From: Myxococcota bacterium
Lineage (GTDB): Bacteria > Myxococcota_A > Polyangia > Polyangiales > Sandaracinaceae
Assembly: GCA_036149055.1 (NCBI GenBank)
Contig: JAYZQJ010000116.1
Coordinates: 1 to 50,301, forward strand
DNA length: 50,301 nucleotides
Direction: 5' to 3'
Positions 1-9,216 of this stretch are shown piece by piece (within the stretch, counting starts at the first letter, position 1; each line of letters begins with the position of its first letter). The translations under genes and the position numbers were made by a program. The notes below the pieces were generated by a model. It was not told the DNA's origin. It did no database searches and saw only the letters and a list, made by a program, of their open reading frames with translations.

Positions 1-84
1 TCCCGATGGGGCCCCGGGTGGGGGGGGCGTTGCGGGGGGGGGGGGGGGGGCCCCCCCCCCCCCCCCCCGGCGCCCCCCCACCCC

Positions 85-330
85 CCCCCGCGACTCCGGG
101 CGCATCCGCGCCCTACGCACGCGCCGCTGCGCCGGCTCCGCGGGGCCCCCCCTGCCCACTCCGGGGCCTCGCTCCGCTCGACCCCGACCCCGGCGCGGGG
201 CGCCGGGGGCCCTGCGGCTCGCGCTCGCGCTGCGCGCGAGCTGGCCGCCCGCCGCCGCGGGATCGAACCTAGGAGGTGGCGCTCGTGGCGACCTCCCTCG
301 GGTGTCGAGGTCGTGATCGCGGTCTGCGCG
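85..330. repeat. Dispersed intergenic REP/MITE-like repeat, copy 1
   Basis: 227-268 matches 11413-11454 at 41/42 nt (gcgctgcgcgcgagctggccgcccgc[c/t]gccgcgggatcgaac). The ggggcccccc..c(c/g)actccg sub-motif is also shared. Non-coding and hairpin-rich. Confidence 0.7.
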
Positions 331-336
331 TGAACT

Positions 337-1236
337 TTGCCGTCCCTCGAGCTTTCGCTGGCGCGTCGGTTCGGCGACAGTCGGCGGGTGGACGTCACCT
401 CGATCGCGGACGCCGAGCCGGGTCGCCGCCTCCGGTTCGAGGGCGTCATCCGGCCCGCGGCGTCCGTCGCCCTGCGCTCGCCGCTCGGCGACCGAGAGTG
501 CGTGTACTGGGACGTGCGCGAGGGCGCGTCGGACGACGTGCTGGAGCGGGGGGTGCAGCCCTTCTGGCTCGAGGACGCGACCGGGCGGGTGCTGGTCACC
601 CCGGTGCAGCCCGAGGTCGGCGCCCGCGGGGAGCGTCGCACCGCGCTCCTGGACCAGGTCGTGTCCGACGTCGACGCGGTGGCGGCGCGCATCCGGGAGC
701 TGAAGGAGGGGCTACGCGAGGATCCCAACCGCCGCGAGCTCGTGCAGGAGCGGCGGCGGCTGGCCAAGGTGGCGACCCTGCTCTGCGCCATCCGCGCCGA
801 GGCGAACGGCAACGTGCACCTCGGGGGAGATCTCGCCGGTCAGCGCGAGTGGATCGATCGGTACGCGCACCTCGCGGACGACGGCCCCGGCGCCGGCTCG
901 GTCGGGCTCCGGGTGCAGCGCTGGGAGACGGTGCTGTGCGAGGGGCAGCGGGTCGCGATCGAGGGCCGCATCGATCGCGCGCCCACGCCGCCCGGGATCG
1001 CCGGCCGCGGAGGGGGCTACCGCACCGCGCCGACCTGCCTGACCCTGAGCGACGAGCCGCTCGTGATCCTCGGGCTCGGCGACGCCGCCCCCGAGCCGCC
1101 GATCGACGCGCCGACCCACGCGCCGACCGGCGAGCCGCCAGCCGAGCGCCGAGGTCTCACGCCCTTCGAGTCACGCGTCATCGGCGGGCTGCTCGCGCTC
1201 CTGACCCTCGGCGGGCTGCTGTACCTGCTGCGGTGA
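337..1236 (+). CDS. Membrane-anchored hypothetical protein, GIDE (E3-ubiquitin-ligase-associated) domain-like
   Basis: 299-aa ORF with GC3-rich codon use. Motifs LRSPLGDRECVYW and PFWLEDATGRVLV resemble GIDE-domain proteins. C-terminal TM helix. TTG start uncertain. Confidence 0.6.
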   Translation: MPSLELSLARRFGDSRRVDVTSIADAEPGRRLRFEGVIRPAASVALRSPLGDRECVYWDVREGASDDVLERGVQPFWLEDATGRVLVTPVQPEVGARGERRTALLDQVVSDVDAVAARIRELKEGLREDPNRRELVQERRRLAKVATLLCAIRAEANGNVHLGGDLAGQREWIDRYAHLADDGPGAGSVGLRVQRWETVLCEGQRVAIEGRIDRAPTPPGIAGRGGGYRTAPTCLTLSDEPLVILGLGDAAPEPPIDAPTHAPTGEPPAERRGLTPFESRVIGGLLALLTLGGLLYLLR

Positions 1237-2140
1237 GCACCTCGAGCACGTGGGCGGCGACGCGGTCGCGGAACCAGCGGTGGCCGGCGTCGGCGTGGAG
1301 GCGCTCGGGCCAGTAGGCGGCGACGGGGATGTCGGGGATCGCGATCGGCGGACGATGCATCGCGAGGCCGAGGCGCTCGGCGAGCGGCCGGACGAGCTCC
1401 GCCGGCGCGGTGAAGAAGAGGTCGGTGCGCGACACCACCTCCGGCGCGACCAGGAAGCTCGGCACGTGCAGCCCGATCCGCCGCTCGAGCCCCGCCTGCT
1501 GGAGGGCGACGTCGACGAAGCTCGGCGTCTCGCCAGGCCGAGCGCGGATCTGGACGTGCGGGTAGGCGCACCAGCGCTTGGCGGTGAGGCGCGCCCGGAC
1601 GCCCGGGTGGTCGCGCCGCGCGAGCACCGCCCAGCTGACCTGGCCGAGGCCGCGACGCACCAGCCCGGCGACGTCGAGGGTGGCCGGGGCGAGCGCGAGG
1701 TCGGCGCCCTCGAGCGCGGCCGCGGTGTCGCCGAAGGGGGCGCGCACCTCGAGCGAGACGCGCGGCGCCGCCCGGGTCATGTCGCCGAGGAGCTCGGGAA
1801 GGAACGCGGCGAGCAGATCGGGGCACACCAGCCCGAACCGCCGCTCGCTCCGGGCCGCGTCGAACGCGCCCTCGTCGCTCAGGATGCGGCCCAGCTCGGC
1901 CAGCGCGCGCGCCAACGGCTCCTGCATCGCCAGCGCGCGCGGCGTCGGCGTCATGCCTCGCCCCTCCCGCACGAGGATCGGGTCGCCCAGCGCCTCCCGC
2001 AGCCGCGCGAGCGCGTGGCTCGTCGCCGGCTGCGTGCGCCCGAGACGCGCCGCGGCGCGGGTGACGTTGCGCTCGGTCAGCAGCGCGTCGAGCGCGAGGA
2101 GCAGGTTCAGGTCGAGCTGCGAGAGATTCACCTCATGCAT
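1178..2140 (-). CDS. LysR family transcriptional regulator
   Basis: N-terminal HTH LDLNLLLALDALLTERNVTRAAARLGRTQPATSHALARLR followed by a substrate-binding domain. ATG at 2140; divergent from the epimerase. Confidence 0.95.
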   Translation of the reverse strand: MHEVNLSQLDLNLLLALDALLTERNVTRAAARLGRTQPATSHALARLREALGDPILVREGRGMTPTPRALAMQEPLARALAELGRILSDEGAFDAARSERRFGLVCPDLLAAFLPELLGDMTRAAPRVSLEVRAPFGDTAAALEGADLALAPATLDVAGLVRRGLGQVSWAVLARRDHPGVRARLTAKRWCAYPHVQIRARPGETPSFVDVALQQAGLERRIGLHVPSFLVAPEVVSRTDLFFTAPAELVRPLAERLGLAMHRPPIAIPDIPVAAYWPERLHADAGHRWFRDRVAAHVLEVLTAAGTAARRGSGARAARR

Positions 2141-2209
2141 GCTGACATGCCGACCATCGATGCGACAGATGACCGGGCGAGGCCGAGGATGGACGCGAAG
2201 GAGGCAGCC

Positions 2210-3169
2210 ATGCGGGTGTTCGTCACGGGAGGGTCGGGGTTCGTCGGAGGTCACGTCATCGAGGCGCTCGTCGCCGAGGGTCACGAGGTGAGGGCGATGG
2301 CGCGATCTCCGCGGAGCGCGGACGCGGTGGAGGGGTTCGGCGCCGCGTCGGTGCGCTGCAGCCTCGACGAGGTCGAGGCGCGTCACCTCGAGGGCTGCGA
2401 CGCGGTCGTGCACTGCGCGGCGCGCGCCGAGGAGTGGGGCACCCGCGCGCAGTTCTGGGAGGCCAACGTCGAGGGCACGACCCGGGTCCTCGACGCGGCG
2501 CGCGACGCCGGCGTGACGCGCTTCGTGCACATCGGCAGCGAGGCCGCGCTCTTCGACGGCGGCGCGCTCGAGGGCGTCGACGAGACCGCGCCCTACCCGT
2601 CCCGGCAGCGCTTCCTCTACTCGGAGACCAAGGCGGAGGCCGAGCGGCGCGTGCTGGCGGCGAACGGCGAGGGCTTCACCACGATCTCGCTCCGCCCGCG
2701 CTTCGTCTGGGGCCCGCGCGACACCTCGGTGCTCCCCGCGGTGCTGCGCATGAAGGACTCCTGGACCTGGCTGGACGGCGGCGCGGCGCGGACCTCCACC
2801 ACCCACGTGAAGAACGTCGCCCACGCGGTGAGCCTCGCCCTGACGCACGGCCGCGGCGGCGAGGCCTACTTCGTGGCCGACGACGGCGAGCGCTCCCTGA
2901 GGGAGTTCCTCTCCGAGCTCGCCGAGACCCAGGGCGTGACGCTCGCGGACCGCAGCCTGCCCGGCGCGGTGGCCCGCCCGATGGCGAGCGCGCTCGAGTG
3001 CGTCTGGCGCGTGGCCCGCGCGGAGTCCCCGCCCCCGCTGACCCGCTTCGCCGCGGCGATGATGTCCCGCACCGTGACCGTCGACACCTCGAAGGCGCGC
3101 CGCGACCTCGGCTACGCGCCCGTGACGACGGTCCCCGAGGGCCTGGCCGCGCTACGACGCGAGGCCTGA
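2210..3169 (+). CDS. NAD-dependent epimerase/dehydratase (3-beta-HSD-like extended SDR)
   Basis: MRVFVTGGSGFVGG Rossmann motif, YSETK (YxxxK), LRPRFVWGP. AAGGAGG RBS before ATG 2210. Confidence 0.93.
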   Translation: MRVFVTGGSGFVGGHVIEALVAEGHEVRAMARSPRSADAVEGFGAASVRCSLDEVEARHLEGCDAVVHCAARAEEWGTRAQFWEANVEGTTRVLDAARDAGVTRFVHIGSEAALFDGGALEGVDETAPYPSRQRFLYSETKAEAERRVLAANGEGFTTISLRPRFVWGPRDTSVLPAVLRMKDSWTWLDGGAARTSTTHVKNVAHAVSLALTHGRGGEAYFVADDGERSLREFLSELAETQGVTLADRSLPGAVARPMASALECVWRVARAESPPPLTRFAAAMMSRTVTVDTSKARRDLGYAPVTTVPEGLAALRREA

Positions 3170-3177
3170 GGCGCTCG

Positions 3178-4008
3178 TCAGCCTTCGAGCAGGCCCTTGG
3201 CCTTCGCGACCTCGCGCACCGCGGGGAGGACCGCCTCGAGGGTGTCGGGGTTGTTGCAGGCGAGGATGCCCTTGCGGTTCTTCAGATCCTCGCCGCCGTA
3301 TTCGAAGGGCTTGCCGTCGAGATCGGTGAACTCGCCGCCGGCGGCGCGGAGGATGGCGTCGGGCGCGCAGGCGTCCCAGGCGCTCGAGTGCTCCGAGAGG
3401 TGCACGTAGAGATCGGCCTCGCGCTCGGTGATCAGGCCGACCTTCAGGCCGACCGAGCCGGAGCGCATCTCGTTCTCGATGCCGAGCTTCTCGACGAGGT
3501 CGCTCGTGGCCTTGCTGCGGTGCGAGCGCGAGACGACGAGGCGGAGATCCTTCGGCTTCGAGGTGTCGGTGACCTTGAGCGCGTAGGTGCGCGAGTCGCG
3601 CTCGAGGAAGGCGCTGTCGCCGACCACCCCGCGGTAGAGCTTGTCGCCGACCGGCTTGTAGACCACGCCGAGCTTGGCCTCCCCGTCGATCGCCAGGCCG
3701 ATCATCACCGAGAACTCGCCGTTCTTCGCGACGAACTCCTTGGTGCCGTCGAGCGGGTCCACGTACCAGACGCGGCCGCGGCGCAGGGCGTCGCTGTTGT
3801 CCTCGCTCTCCTCGGCGACGATGCCGTCGTGGGGGAAGGACTCCCGCAGACGGGCCACGAGCAGCTCGTTCGCCCGCTGGTCGGCCACGGTGACGGGGTC
3901 GCTGCCGTCCTTGTAGTCGACGTCGAAGTCGGTTCCGTACACCTCCATGAGGAGGGCGCCCGCCTCGCGAGCGAGCTTCACCGCCTCGACGAGCTCACGG
4001 TCCAGCAT
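3178..4008 (-). CDS. cysQ: 3'(2'),5'-bisphosphate nucleotidase CysQ / inositol monophosphatase family
   Basis: DPVTVAD, AEES, WYVDPLDGTKEF, VSRSH, GSVGLK and WDACA motifs. Confidence 0.9.
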   Translation of the reverse strand: MLDRELVEAVKLAREAGALLMEVYGTDFDVDYKDGSDPVTVADQRANELLVARLRESFPHDGIVAEESEDNSDALRRGRVWYVDPLDGTKEFVAKNGEFSVMIGLAIDGEAKLGVVYKPVGDKLYRGVVGDSAFLERDSRTYALKVTDTSKPKDLRLVVSRSHRSKATSDLVEKLGIENEMRSGSVGLKVGLITEREADLYVHLSEHSSAWDACAPDAILRAAGGEFTDLDGKPFEYGGEDLKNRKGILACNNPDTLEAVLPAVREVAKAKGLLEG

Positions 4009-4053
4009 CGGCCGACCCTAACCCGGACCCGGGGGACAGTGCCAATTCGGTCC

Positions 4054-4716
4054 TCAATCGACGATGACCTCGACCTCGGTCTCGCCGCTGGCGGGGCCGC
4101 GGACCGTCGCCCCGGCGGGCAGGTTGCGCTCCCGGCCGGAGCAGAATCGGGACCAGTGCCGCATGCTGTCGGGCTGCACCGCGTTCTGGGCGCAGGCGCT
4201 GTAGGCGCGGCGGGCGTGCTCGAGGAAGGGGCGCGCCTGGCTGCGGAGGATGTCCTGGTAGAGCTCCTGGATGTCGGGCTCGTCCTCGAGCTCGGCGGGC
4301 GGCGGGATGCTCCGCAGCACCCGGGCCACGTCCTCGTACATGAGGCCGACGATCGCCCCGCCCATGATGCGCTGGCGGTGGTTCTCCTCCGCCGCCCGAT
4401 CCAGCTCGCGCCGCGCCGCCTCGATGGTGTGAGTCTTCCGGGCGAGCCACGGGCTGAGCACCTGCTCGGACCAGGTCTCCAGGTTCAGGGCGCTGCGATC
4501 GGTGGGCGGCTCCGGCGGCGGCACCGAGAAGGACTCCTCGGCCAGGGTCCAGCCGAAGCGCATGCGCTGGGTGAGGGCCTCACGCTCGACGTCGGGATCC
4601 GGGAGGCAGTCGATGCTGGGCGACGCGTCCACCAGCCCCGGGTCGAGGGGGCCGGAGCGGGCCTGCGGACCCCCACACGCGGCGAGCAAGGCGATGCCGA
4701 CGATCGAAGCTCTCAC
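4054..4716 (-). CDS. Hypothetical lipoprotein
   Basis: Signal peptide with lipobox LAAC; coding-like composition. Confidence 0.75.
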   Translation of the reverse strand: MRASIVGIALLAACGGPQARSGPLDPGLVDASPSIDCLPDPDVEREALTQRMRFGWTLAEESFSVPPPEPPTDRSALNLETWSEQVLSPWLARKTHTIEAARRELDRAAEENHRQRIMGGAIVGLMYEDVARVLRSIPPPAELEDEPDIQELYQDILRSQARPFLEHARRAYSACAQNAVQPDSMRHWSRFCSGRERNLPAGATVRGPASGETEVEVIVD

Positions 4717-4729
4717 GCGCTCAGGATAA

Positions 4730-5455
4730 TCAGAACGACAGGGTGAGGCCCAATCCGTGAGTGGATCCCACGCCGAGGCGCGGGCCGGGGGCGACCGCGA
4801 CCGGCTCCTCGCAGGCGGCGTCGGGGAACCGGGCGAGGTAGGCGCGCCAGGCGTCGCGGGCCCCGGCGGGGTGGGTGAGGATGCGCCCGAGGCCGAGGAT
4901 GGAGCCGCCGATGACGTGCGAGTAGCTGCCCTGCGGGCGGTCGAAGGCGAGCAGGAGCGTCCCGGCGGCGAGCGAGAGGTAGACGAGGGTCAGCGTCGCC
5001 GGGAACCAGCCCCGGAGGAAGTCCACGCCCTTGGCGGCCCGCCGCATGAGGTCCTCGGCCGCGCGCAGCTTCGCGAGCCGCTCGGCCGGCGTCTCGTCCC
5101 CGTAGCCGCGGAGCGTGTCGCCCGCGCCCATCAGCGGCGGCGTGAAGATCAGCAGCGTGCCGATCGCCAGCACCGAGCTGGTCGTGCCGACGAGCATCTC
5201 GTTGCGGAACGCCTCGTCGTCGGCGGTGGCCGCGAAGATGGCGGCGCCGGTGGCCATGGTGCCGTGCAGGACCGCGAAGGTGGTCCACCAGCGCCGGACC
5301 GGGGGCTCCTCCCGGCGCACGTCCCGGTCGAGGATGGCCAGCCGCTGCCGGACCTCGGCGTCGCTCGGGGTGACCTCGCACGTCGCCGTCTCTTGCGCGT
5401 GCGCGCACAACGGGGCCGAGGCGATGAGGGCGGCGAGAGCGACGGCGCGCAGCAC
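4730..5455 (-). CDS. Hypothetical secreted/membrane protein
   Basis: Signal peptide (AHA-Q), several hydrophobic segments and C-terminal GLTLSF. Confidence 0.7.
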   Translation of the reverse strand: MLRAVALAALIASAPLCAHAQETATCEVTPSDAEVRQRLAILDRDVRREEPPVRRWWTTFAVLHGTMATGAAIFAATADDEAFRNEMLVGTTSSVLAIGTLLIFTPPLMGAGDTLRGYGDETPAERLAKLRAAEDLMRRAAKGVDFLRGWFPATLTLVYLSLAAGTLLLAFDRPQGSYSHVIGGSILGLGRILTHPAGARDAWRAYLARFPDAACEEPVAVAPGPRLGVGSTHGLGLTLSF

Positions 5456-5485
5456 CGGCCGAAGCTATCACGCTATCCTCCGCCC

Positions 5486-7552
5486 GTGCGTCGCCGTCCG
5501 CGCTGGTCGCTCGCGCTCGCCAGCTGCGGCTGGCTGCTCTGGGCGTCGACCGCGCAGGCGCAGAACCCCGTCTACCCGCCCGGGCTCGAGGCGCGCGTCG
5601 GGGCCCTGGTCTTCCGCGGCGACGGGCCCCCGCTCGGGCCCGACGTGGAGGTGAGCGGCGCGTCCATCGAGGGCGATCGCGTCGTCGTGCGCCTCTCGCG
5701 CGGCGGCCCGATCACCCTCGGCGATCGGGAGGCGCGCTTCCCGCTCGAGCGCGTCACGGAGACGCCCAGCTTCGGCGTGTGGATCCCGCGAGGAGCCGAC
5801 GCGCGCACCCGCGCCGCGGCGAGCGCGCTCGGAGAGCGGGTGTCCGCCCGCGACGACGGATCGGTGCGGGCCGAGCGGCCGCAGGTCGGCGGGCCGGCGC
5901 CGCCCGAGCGGCCGGCCGAGTCTCCGCCCGGACACGGGTGGGCGTGGCTGCTGCTCCTCACGCTGGGCGGCGCCCTGATCGCGATCGAGCGGCGGCACGC
6001 CCTGCCGGTCGAGGGGCGCGAGCGGGTGGCGCTGTTCGCGATCTTCGCGCTCGCGCTGGGCCTCCGCCTGGCCCTGCCCACCTGGGCGCCGCTCCACGCG
6101 AACGAGCACGGCATCGCGGAGCTGCGCGGGCTGGTGACCGAGGACTTCAGCGTCGACGCGATGCCCTACGGCGGCGCGCAAGCGAGGCTCTTCCGGGCCG
6201 CGCTGCTTCCACTCGGCCTGGGCGCGGACGCGGCGCTCGCGCTGGCCGCGCTCTTCGGCGCGCTCGCGGTCGTGCTCCTGCACCGGGTCGCGGCGCAGCT
6301 GGTCTCCGGCCCGGTCGGCCCCGCGATCGCCGCCCTCGCGCTCGCGCTGCACCCGGCGCACGTGCGGCTCTCGCTCTCGGAGGATCCGCGCCCGATCTCC
6401 GGCGCGCTGCTCCTGCTCGGGGTGCTCGCGGGCCTGCTCGCCCGGCGGGCCTCGCGCCGATCGGGGCGGGCGCTCGGGGTGCTGGTGGCCGGGCTCGCCT
6501 GGGCGCTCGCGCTGGAGCTGCGGGTGATCACCGCCGCGCTGCCGATCGCCGGGATCGTCTTCGTGATCGTCGCCGGGCCCGAGCCGACGCCCGATCGCGC
6601 GCCGCGCTCGCGTGGGCTCGATCTGGCGGCCGCGCTGGGCGCCGTCGGCGCGGTGCTGTGGGCCCTCTGGCAGCACCGCCCCGTGCTCGAGGCGGCGCTG
6701 GGATCGGCGGGCGAGCGGCACGGGGTCTCGATCCCCTCGCGGCTGCTCGAGCCGCGCATGAACCTCCTGCTCGATCCCGAGCTCACCTCGGTCGCCCTGC
6801 TCCCGGCCGCGGCGATCGGGGCCGCGCTGCTCTGGCGGAGCGGGCGGCGTCGCGCCGTGCTCGCCGCGCTGGCCGGCTTCGCGATCCTGCTGCCGCCGTC
6901 GCTCTTCGTCACCGCGTGCCGCACCGATCTGATCCGCTATCAGTCCGAGTCGGCGTTCTTCCTCTTCGCGCTCACCGCGGGGCTGGCGCCGCGACTCTGG
7001 CCGGCGACGCCGATCGCCCAGCGGGCCGCGTGGGCGGCGGTGATCGCGCTGCTCGCGCTCGCCGCGCCCGGGCTGGCCGCGCTGCGCGCGCCGGACCTCC
7101 ACGCGCAGGCGAGCGCGGTGGTGCGTCGGCAGGCCCCCGCGCCGCCGGTGACGATCCGGGTGGCGCCGCGCGAGATGCCGCGAGAGCGCAAGGTGCGATC
7201 GGACTTCCCCGACTACCTCGTCGCCTCGCCCGACCGGGTGCGGCGGCTGACCGCCGAGCAACTCGCGCCGCCGCCCGACGGACCGTGCGTGGTGTGGGTC
7301 GGCCCGGCCTGCTGGTCGTTCACCGACGAGGAGGCGCGGCGTGGCGCGCCGCGGATCGGCCGGTGGCCCTTCCGGGCGGAGTGCGTGGAGATGCTCGGCG
7401 GCGCGGCCGCGGCCCGGGCGGCGCTGGCCGAGCTCACGCCGGTGACGGTGCCGCGCCGCGATCGGGAGTTCCACCGGGTGCTCGCCGAGCGCCCGCGGAT
7501 CGGCTTCGCCCGCTGTCAGTCCGAGCGCACGACCACCACGCCGTCGCCCTGA
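5486..7552 (+). CDS. Polytopic membrane protein, GT-C (ArnT/PMT-like) glycosyltransferase-like
   Basis: Signal-like N-terminus and about 11 TM segments with loop motifs (HANEH, LHPAHVRLSLSE) typical of GT-C fold proteins. GTG start at 5486 is inferred. Confidence 0.55.
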   Translation: MRRRPRWSLALASCGWLLWASTAQAQNPVYPPGLEARVGALVFRGDGPPLGPDVEVSGASIEGDRVVVRLSRGGPITLGDREARFPLERVTETPSFGVWIPRGADARTRAAASALGERVSARDDGSVRAERPQVGGPAPPERPAESPPGHGWAWLLLLTLGGALIAIERRHALPVEGRERVALFAIFALALGLRLALPTWAPLHANEHGIAELRGLVTEDFSVDAMPYGGAQARLFRAALLPLGLGADAALALAALFGALAVVLLHRVAAQLVSGPVGPAIAALALALHPAHVRLSLSEDPRPISGALLLLGVLAGLLARRASRRSGRALGVLVAGLAWALALELRVITAALPIAGIVFVIVAGPEPTPDRAPRSRGLDLAAALGAVGAVLWALWQHRPVLEAALGSAGERHGVSIPSRLLEPRMNLLLDPELTSVALLPAAAIGAALLWRSGRRRAVLAALAGFAILLPPSLFVTACRTDLIRYQSESAFFLFALTAGLAPRLWPATPIAQRAAWAAVIALLALAAPGLAALRAPDLHAQASAVVRRQAPAPPVTIRVAPREMPRERKVRSDFPDYLVASPDRVRRLTAEQLAPPPDGPCVVWVGPACWSFTDEEARRGAPRIGRWPFRAECVEMLGGAAAARAALAELTPVTVPRRDREFHRVLAERPRIGFARCQSERTTTTPSP

Positions 7553-8406
7553 TCGGCGAGCCGGCGGGCGAGGTCGAGGGCGGTGGCGTCGGCGCCGAGG
7601 CGGAGCTCACGGCCCTCGGCCAACGAGGCGAAGCGGAGCGACGGTCGCGCCCGGGCGAGCGGCCCCTCGAGCGGCACGAGGGCCTCCACCGCGACCGCCT
7701 CGATCGCCGCGAGATCGACGCCGCAGCCGCACGCGCCGAGGGCGCGGGTGAGCGCGGCGGTCGAGGGCGGCCCGAGCGGCGGCCCGGCCGGGAGCAACGG
7801 CGCCGGGAGCGGGAGGTGCGCGCGGGCGGCGTCGCAGCCCTCGGTCGCGCGGGTCCAGGCCTCCTCGAGCCGGTCGCGGCGGTCGACCGCGTCGTGGGCG
7901 TCGCCGCGCGTCGCCGCCTCCACCCACTCCGGGGCGCCCGCGACCTCGGGGCGAGCCGCCGGGTCGCCGCGCACGAGCAGGACGAAGCGAGCCTCGGAGG
8001 GGGCGCTGGCCAGGAGCTGGGCGAGCCGATGCGCCGGCACCTCGGGCGCGACCCAGAGCCCGACCTCCCACGCGGCGCCTTCTTCGACCCGGAGCGCCCG
8101 CGCCCGCGAGCGCAGGTCGGCGCCGAGGGTCTCGGCGAGCCGCTCGAGGTCGTCGCCGCCGCCGACCCCGCGCTCGCCGAAGCGGACCTCGTCCTCGGTC
8201 ACCGTGATCAGCGGCAGGGCGGTCTCGAGCGGCACTCCGTCGGCGCGAGGGAGGGCGACGTCGGGTGGGGCGCCGCTCGGCTCGGCCATCGCCGCCGCCG
8301 CCGCGAGCCGCTCCCCGAGCTGACCGATCCGGCGCTCGCAGGGATCCTCCGCCGGCTCACCGTCGCAGGCGACCAGCGCCGCTCCGAGCATCAGCCAGCG
8401 CCACAT
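7516..8406 (-). CDS. Hypothetical lipoprotein (weak ExbD/TolR-like segment)
   Basis: MWRWLMLGAALVAC lipobox. VALPRA..LITVTEDEVRFG resembles the ExbD periplasmic domain. Confidence 0.6.
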   Translation of the reverse strand: MWRWLMLGAALVACDGEPAEDPCERRIGQLGERLAAAAAMAEPSGAPPDVALPRADGVPLETALPLITVTEDEVRFGERGVGGGDDLERLAETLGADLRSRARALRVEEGAAWEVGLWVAPEVPAHRLAQLLASAPSEARFVLLVRGDPAARPEVAGAPEWVEAATRGDAHDAVDRRDRLEEAWTRATEGCDAARAHLPLPAPLLPAGPPLGPPSTAALTRALGACGCGVDLAAIEAVAVEALVPLEGPLARARPSLRFASLAEGRELRLGADATALDLARRLADQGDGVVVVRSD

Positions 8407-8448
8407 CCGCGCGAACGTAGCAGCGCCGCCCCTCACCGGCGCACTTCC

Positions 8449-9216
8449 CTACCGTACGAGCTCGACGACGAGCGCGCCGGTGCCGCCCAGGTGGGAGGAG
8501 GCGGTGGCGAAGGCGTGCACCACCGGCGCCGCGCCGCCCTCGGTCAGCGCGTGCACCACCACGTCGCGCAGCACGCCGACGCCGCCCTCGGAGTGGTTGC
8601 CCTTGCCGTGCACGAGGCAGAGCCGGCGCGCGCCGCGGCGGTGCTGGGCGCGCACGAAGCGGGTGACGCGGGTCTCGGCCTCGTCGGCCCGGAAGCCGTG
8701 GAGGTCGAGGGTCGCCTCCGGGGTCACCCCCTTGCGGGCGAGGGCGTCCGCCGCGCTCGGGGAGCCGCCGACCCGCCAGCCGCGCACCTCGTCGTCGCGC
8801 CGGTCGAGCTCGAAGCGCACGCCGCCGCCGACCAGCGCCGCGAGGCGGGCCCGGGCCTCCTGGTCCGACGGCGACACCGCGGGCGGAGGCGGCGGGCTCC
8901 GGTCACGGCCCTTCGCCTTGGGTCCGCGTTGCCCGGCGCCGAGCGGGCGCACGCCCGACATCGCGTCGTACCAGGCGATGCGGTCGTCCCCGCGCAGCGT
9001 CTCGCTCGGGCGACCGGCCTCGGCCGCCTTCGCCTCGCCCCGCTCGGCGGCGGCCTTCGGCGCCTTCTTCCTCTTCGGCGCCGGCGAGGCCTTCGCCTCC
9101 TTCTCCGGCGTGACGGAGACCTGCGAGAGCAGCGACTTCAGCGAGGTGCCGACGTCGCCGCCCAGCTTCGGCGCGGGCTCGCCATCGCCACCCTTCTTCT
9201 TGCGCTTCTTCCCCAC
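8449..9216 (-). CDS. Smr/MutS2 C-terminal domain protein
   Basis: LDLHG, LVHGKGNHS and GGTGALVV Smr motifs; Lys-rich N-terminus from GTG 9216. Confidence 0.9.
   Translation of the reverse strand: MGKKRKKKGGDGEPAPKLGGDVGTSLKSLLSQVSVTPEKEAKASPAPKRKKAPKAAAERGEAKAAEAGRPSETLRGDDRIAWYDAMSGVRPLGAGQRGPKAKGRDRSPPPPPAVSPSDQEARARLAALVGGGVRFELDRRDDEVRGWRVGGSPSAADALARKGVTPEATLDLHGFRADEAETRVTRFVRAQHRRGARRLCLVHGKGNHSEGGVGVLRDVVVHALTEGGAAPVVHAFATASSHLGGTGALVVELVR

Noticed and set aside
1..90. Poly-G/poly-C tracts as a G-quadruplex, phase-variation site or Pro-rich ORF (6-272)
   Set aside because: Most likely low-quality sequence at a contig edge within a repeat; cannot be supported without reads.
4030..4045. 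ggggacag motif as another cassette-repeat copy
   Set aside because: Only about 6 nt match, which is expected by chance.
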